Assembly (NCBI GenBank): GCA_010356995.1
Contig: ML996702.1
Location: 310,001-374,000 of the forward strand
Origin: Trichodelitschia bisporula
Lineage: Eukaryota
DNA length: 64,000 bases
Reading direction: 5' to 3'
Positions 61,794 to 64,000 of the stretch are shown here, piece after piece. Below the pieces are notes generated by a model, which was not told the DNA's origin, made no database searches, and saw only the letters and a program-made list of their open reading frames with translations. Each line of letters begins with the position of its first letter. The first letter of the stretch is position 1. The position numbers and the translations under genes were made by a program.

Positions 61794-64000
61794 GTTGGAA
61801 GAGGGAGAAGAGTCGAGATACAAAAGCGAATCGGGGTGTTGGGGTTAAGCTCCGAGCTCTGTTCTAGGGAGGTTGAATGAACCAAAGCTAAATCGGGGGG
61901 CGAAGAAGAAAGGTCGTTAGAGTGTCAAGGAAAATTGACGTTTGATGTCCCGAAAGAGTGAGAGACTATCAGAGAAGCAATCGATTAGAATGTGTTAAAG
62001 TTGCGGAAGAAGCAGCGAGAGTCACATCCAAACGAGGTGGATGGGAGGGGAGGAGTTGATGAAGGAGGTTCGAAGGAAATGGGGGCAAAGATTCTTGGGG
62101 TAGGAACATTTAGCACGGAGCATGGGATCCGCACTGGGGGGCGCCGCCTTCCATCCTTTGGCTGAAATGGCACTTGGCCGAAGGTTTTGCTACAGTGTTA
62201 CAGCGTGTCCATCCAATACTATCAAGCCTCTTTCTCTCTCTACTGCGTAGGTCATTTCTCCCCCCACCCTCCACTCTCGGCCATTCCTTGGGAGGTTCAA
62301 GAGGCTTTCCAGTTCGTCAAATCTCAATTGCTCAGCCTAAAAGCCAAGACGGCAAGACCCCATTCTTTAAGCCAAGATACCGGGTGGTCCCCTCCATCCC
62401 CTCACGATATTCCCCTGAAGGGGATCCACAGCGGCGCCACCAAAACCCTTCCATCATCCGCCATGCCGCCGGCCTCCGCTTCACCATCGGTACGGTACGG
62501 TAAGCAAGGACGGGCCAGCCACCTTCTCTCATTATCCAATCAAATCCAATTTCCGGATATCTCCACCGAAATTGCAGCTTCACTCTAGCCGTATCAAGTC
62601 CATCCCTTCCGCATGCGGGCGCTTGCCGCTCCACTTCCACACGCCACTCTCAGCCTCCCGCTATGCTGCACGCCATTACGGGCGCCACATCTCATGGCAT
62701 ATCGCCATTCCGTGTCTCTTCTCTTTTTGCTGCTCTGAGACGACGCGGCTTTGAAACGTTCTTCTCAGGCATGAGGCGCGCGGATCCTTCGTCATGACCC
62801 ATCGGCCCGGCCGCTGGGGCTGACGACATCGCATCTCTCATCATGAATAGACGCCAGGCGAGAGTACCACCATGTGCCCCGCTCGCCTCCTCCACATCAA
62901 GTTCCACTGAGCACAAATCGTGGATCAAATGCTCGTCGCGGCGCCAGGGAACTGATGCACTCGGCGCCCGCCGCGCGGCCTTGTCGAATTACGGAGTACT
63001 AGCTCGCTGTCCGCGGAATGTCGCAGTATTCCGGATGAGGTTCGCCAGTGAAGCGAACCCCATAAGCTCTCATCACCCATGCCGCATAGATGTCAAAGTT
63101 GCATGCCACTATTTTGCACAGCCTCCACCGCTTGGGCAGGCTCTGCAGAGTGCATTGCCGAGAGCTCACATCGCGACTCATGCGTCCATATCGGCATTGG
63201 AGGTGGCCGCACCGGACATCTCCATTGTATTATTATAATCCATACGTAGTAGGTGGAGTGCTGCGTGCGCGTCATGACTTCATCCGTTGTACGTGGACAG
63301 AGACGGCTGGTACGCTACGGAAAGTTTCCCAACATGGTTTTGCCTGCCGGGAGCTATCAATGTGAGCCGCATGAAGGTGTTAAAAACCCGGCATATCATG
63401 CCTTGTCGTCTATCGTTTTGGAAACAAGTTGGCATCCAAGTGGGAACTAAAATAAAGCGGTTGCAGATCCCCACGATTTGCATGGAACATGCCAACATAC
63501 CGGTACTGGCTCCTTGGAAAGCACTTCCATGTTTAAAGTCCAAAATGATACCCATGGGATAGTCTCAAACGGAAGGTGGGCATGGTTCCTCCAGTTTAAC
63601 TACATATGTGACGTCACTGACTATAGAGCATCTTCTTTACGGCGGACGCCATGGCCTCAAGAAAGCAACGCTCTGGGTGAGGATTGGGATAATGCAAGTT
63701 TCGTAGTGTCGTTCATCGCCGCACCGCTCAATAATCTTTGCTGTGCCCGACCGTTCAAGTTGAGCCTGGCTATTTACGGACAAGTACTGCTTCGACGGAG
63801 ACCAATGGGAGAAGATGGATTCTGATACCGTAAAGCATTTTCGACTTATGCGAAGACTTTCTTGATCGGATTGGGGCCATCTTTCAAGTCGGTCCAGTCG
63901 TCCATCTAGACAAAGGCAGAAGACCTTCCAAGGAGTCAGGTGAGTCCCAGTCGCTCCCGTTGAGCTACTCTTAAGGTCAAGGAAATGCTATTGTACTTGA

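Noticed and set aside
62000..64000. Short ORFs upstream of the GH72 gene
   Set aside because: No recognisable domains or consistent splice model; treated as promoter/intergenic, although a partial gene at the window edge cannot be excluded.

Overview
Gene-dense eukaryotic (filamentous ascomycete, Pezizomycotina-like; inferred from protein families and short GT..CTRAC..YAG introns) window with about 26 protein-coding genes, most with introns. In order: 3' end of an Mhp1-like protein, a hypothetical protein, an NAAA/acid-ceramidase-like Ntn hydrolase, a DUF202 protein, DBP5 and BZZ1 (divergent), an 85-aa spliced hydrophilin-like gene missed by the ORF track, a SIKE/Far3-like coiled-coil protein, a small single-TM protein, a cutinase with a basic C-terminal tail, a membrane-anchored GH9 glucanase with DAGN in place of the catalytic DAGD, an AsaB-like dioxygenase, a GPI-anchored protein, a SET-domain protein, a conserved unknown protein with 22-aa basic repeats, MNN9, a poly-Q orphan, a 109-aa Hva1-Tudor-like gene also missed by the ORF track, a Pex24/28/29-family peroxin, a Pom1-like DYRK kinase, indoleamine 2,3-dioxygenase, a Crh GH16 transglycosylase, a GT34 glycosyltransferase, a Ygr210-like OBG GTPase and a GH72 Gel/Gas glucanosyltransferase. 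I saw no rRNA, tRNA, CRISPR array or intact transposon. The best leads are the atypical GH9 beside the tailed cutinase, two GC-AG introns, a 10-nt microexon, a recurrent intergenic TACCGTAC motif and a possible intronic C/D snoRNA. All family calls come from recalled motifs; no searches were run.
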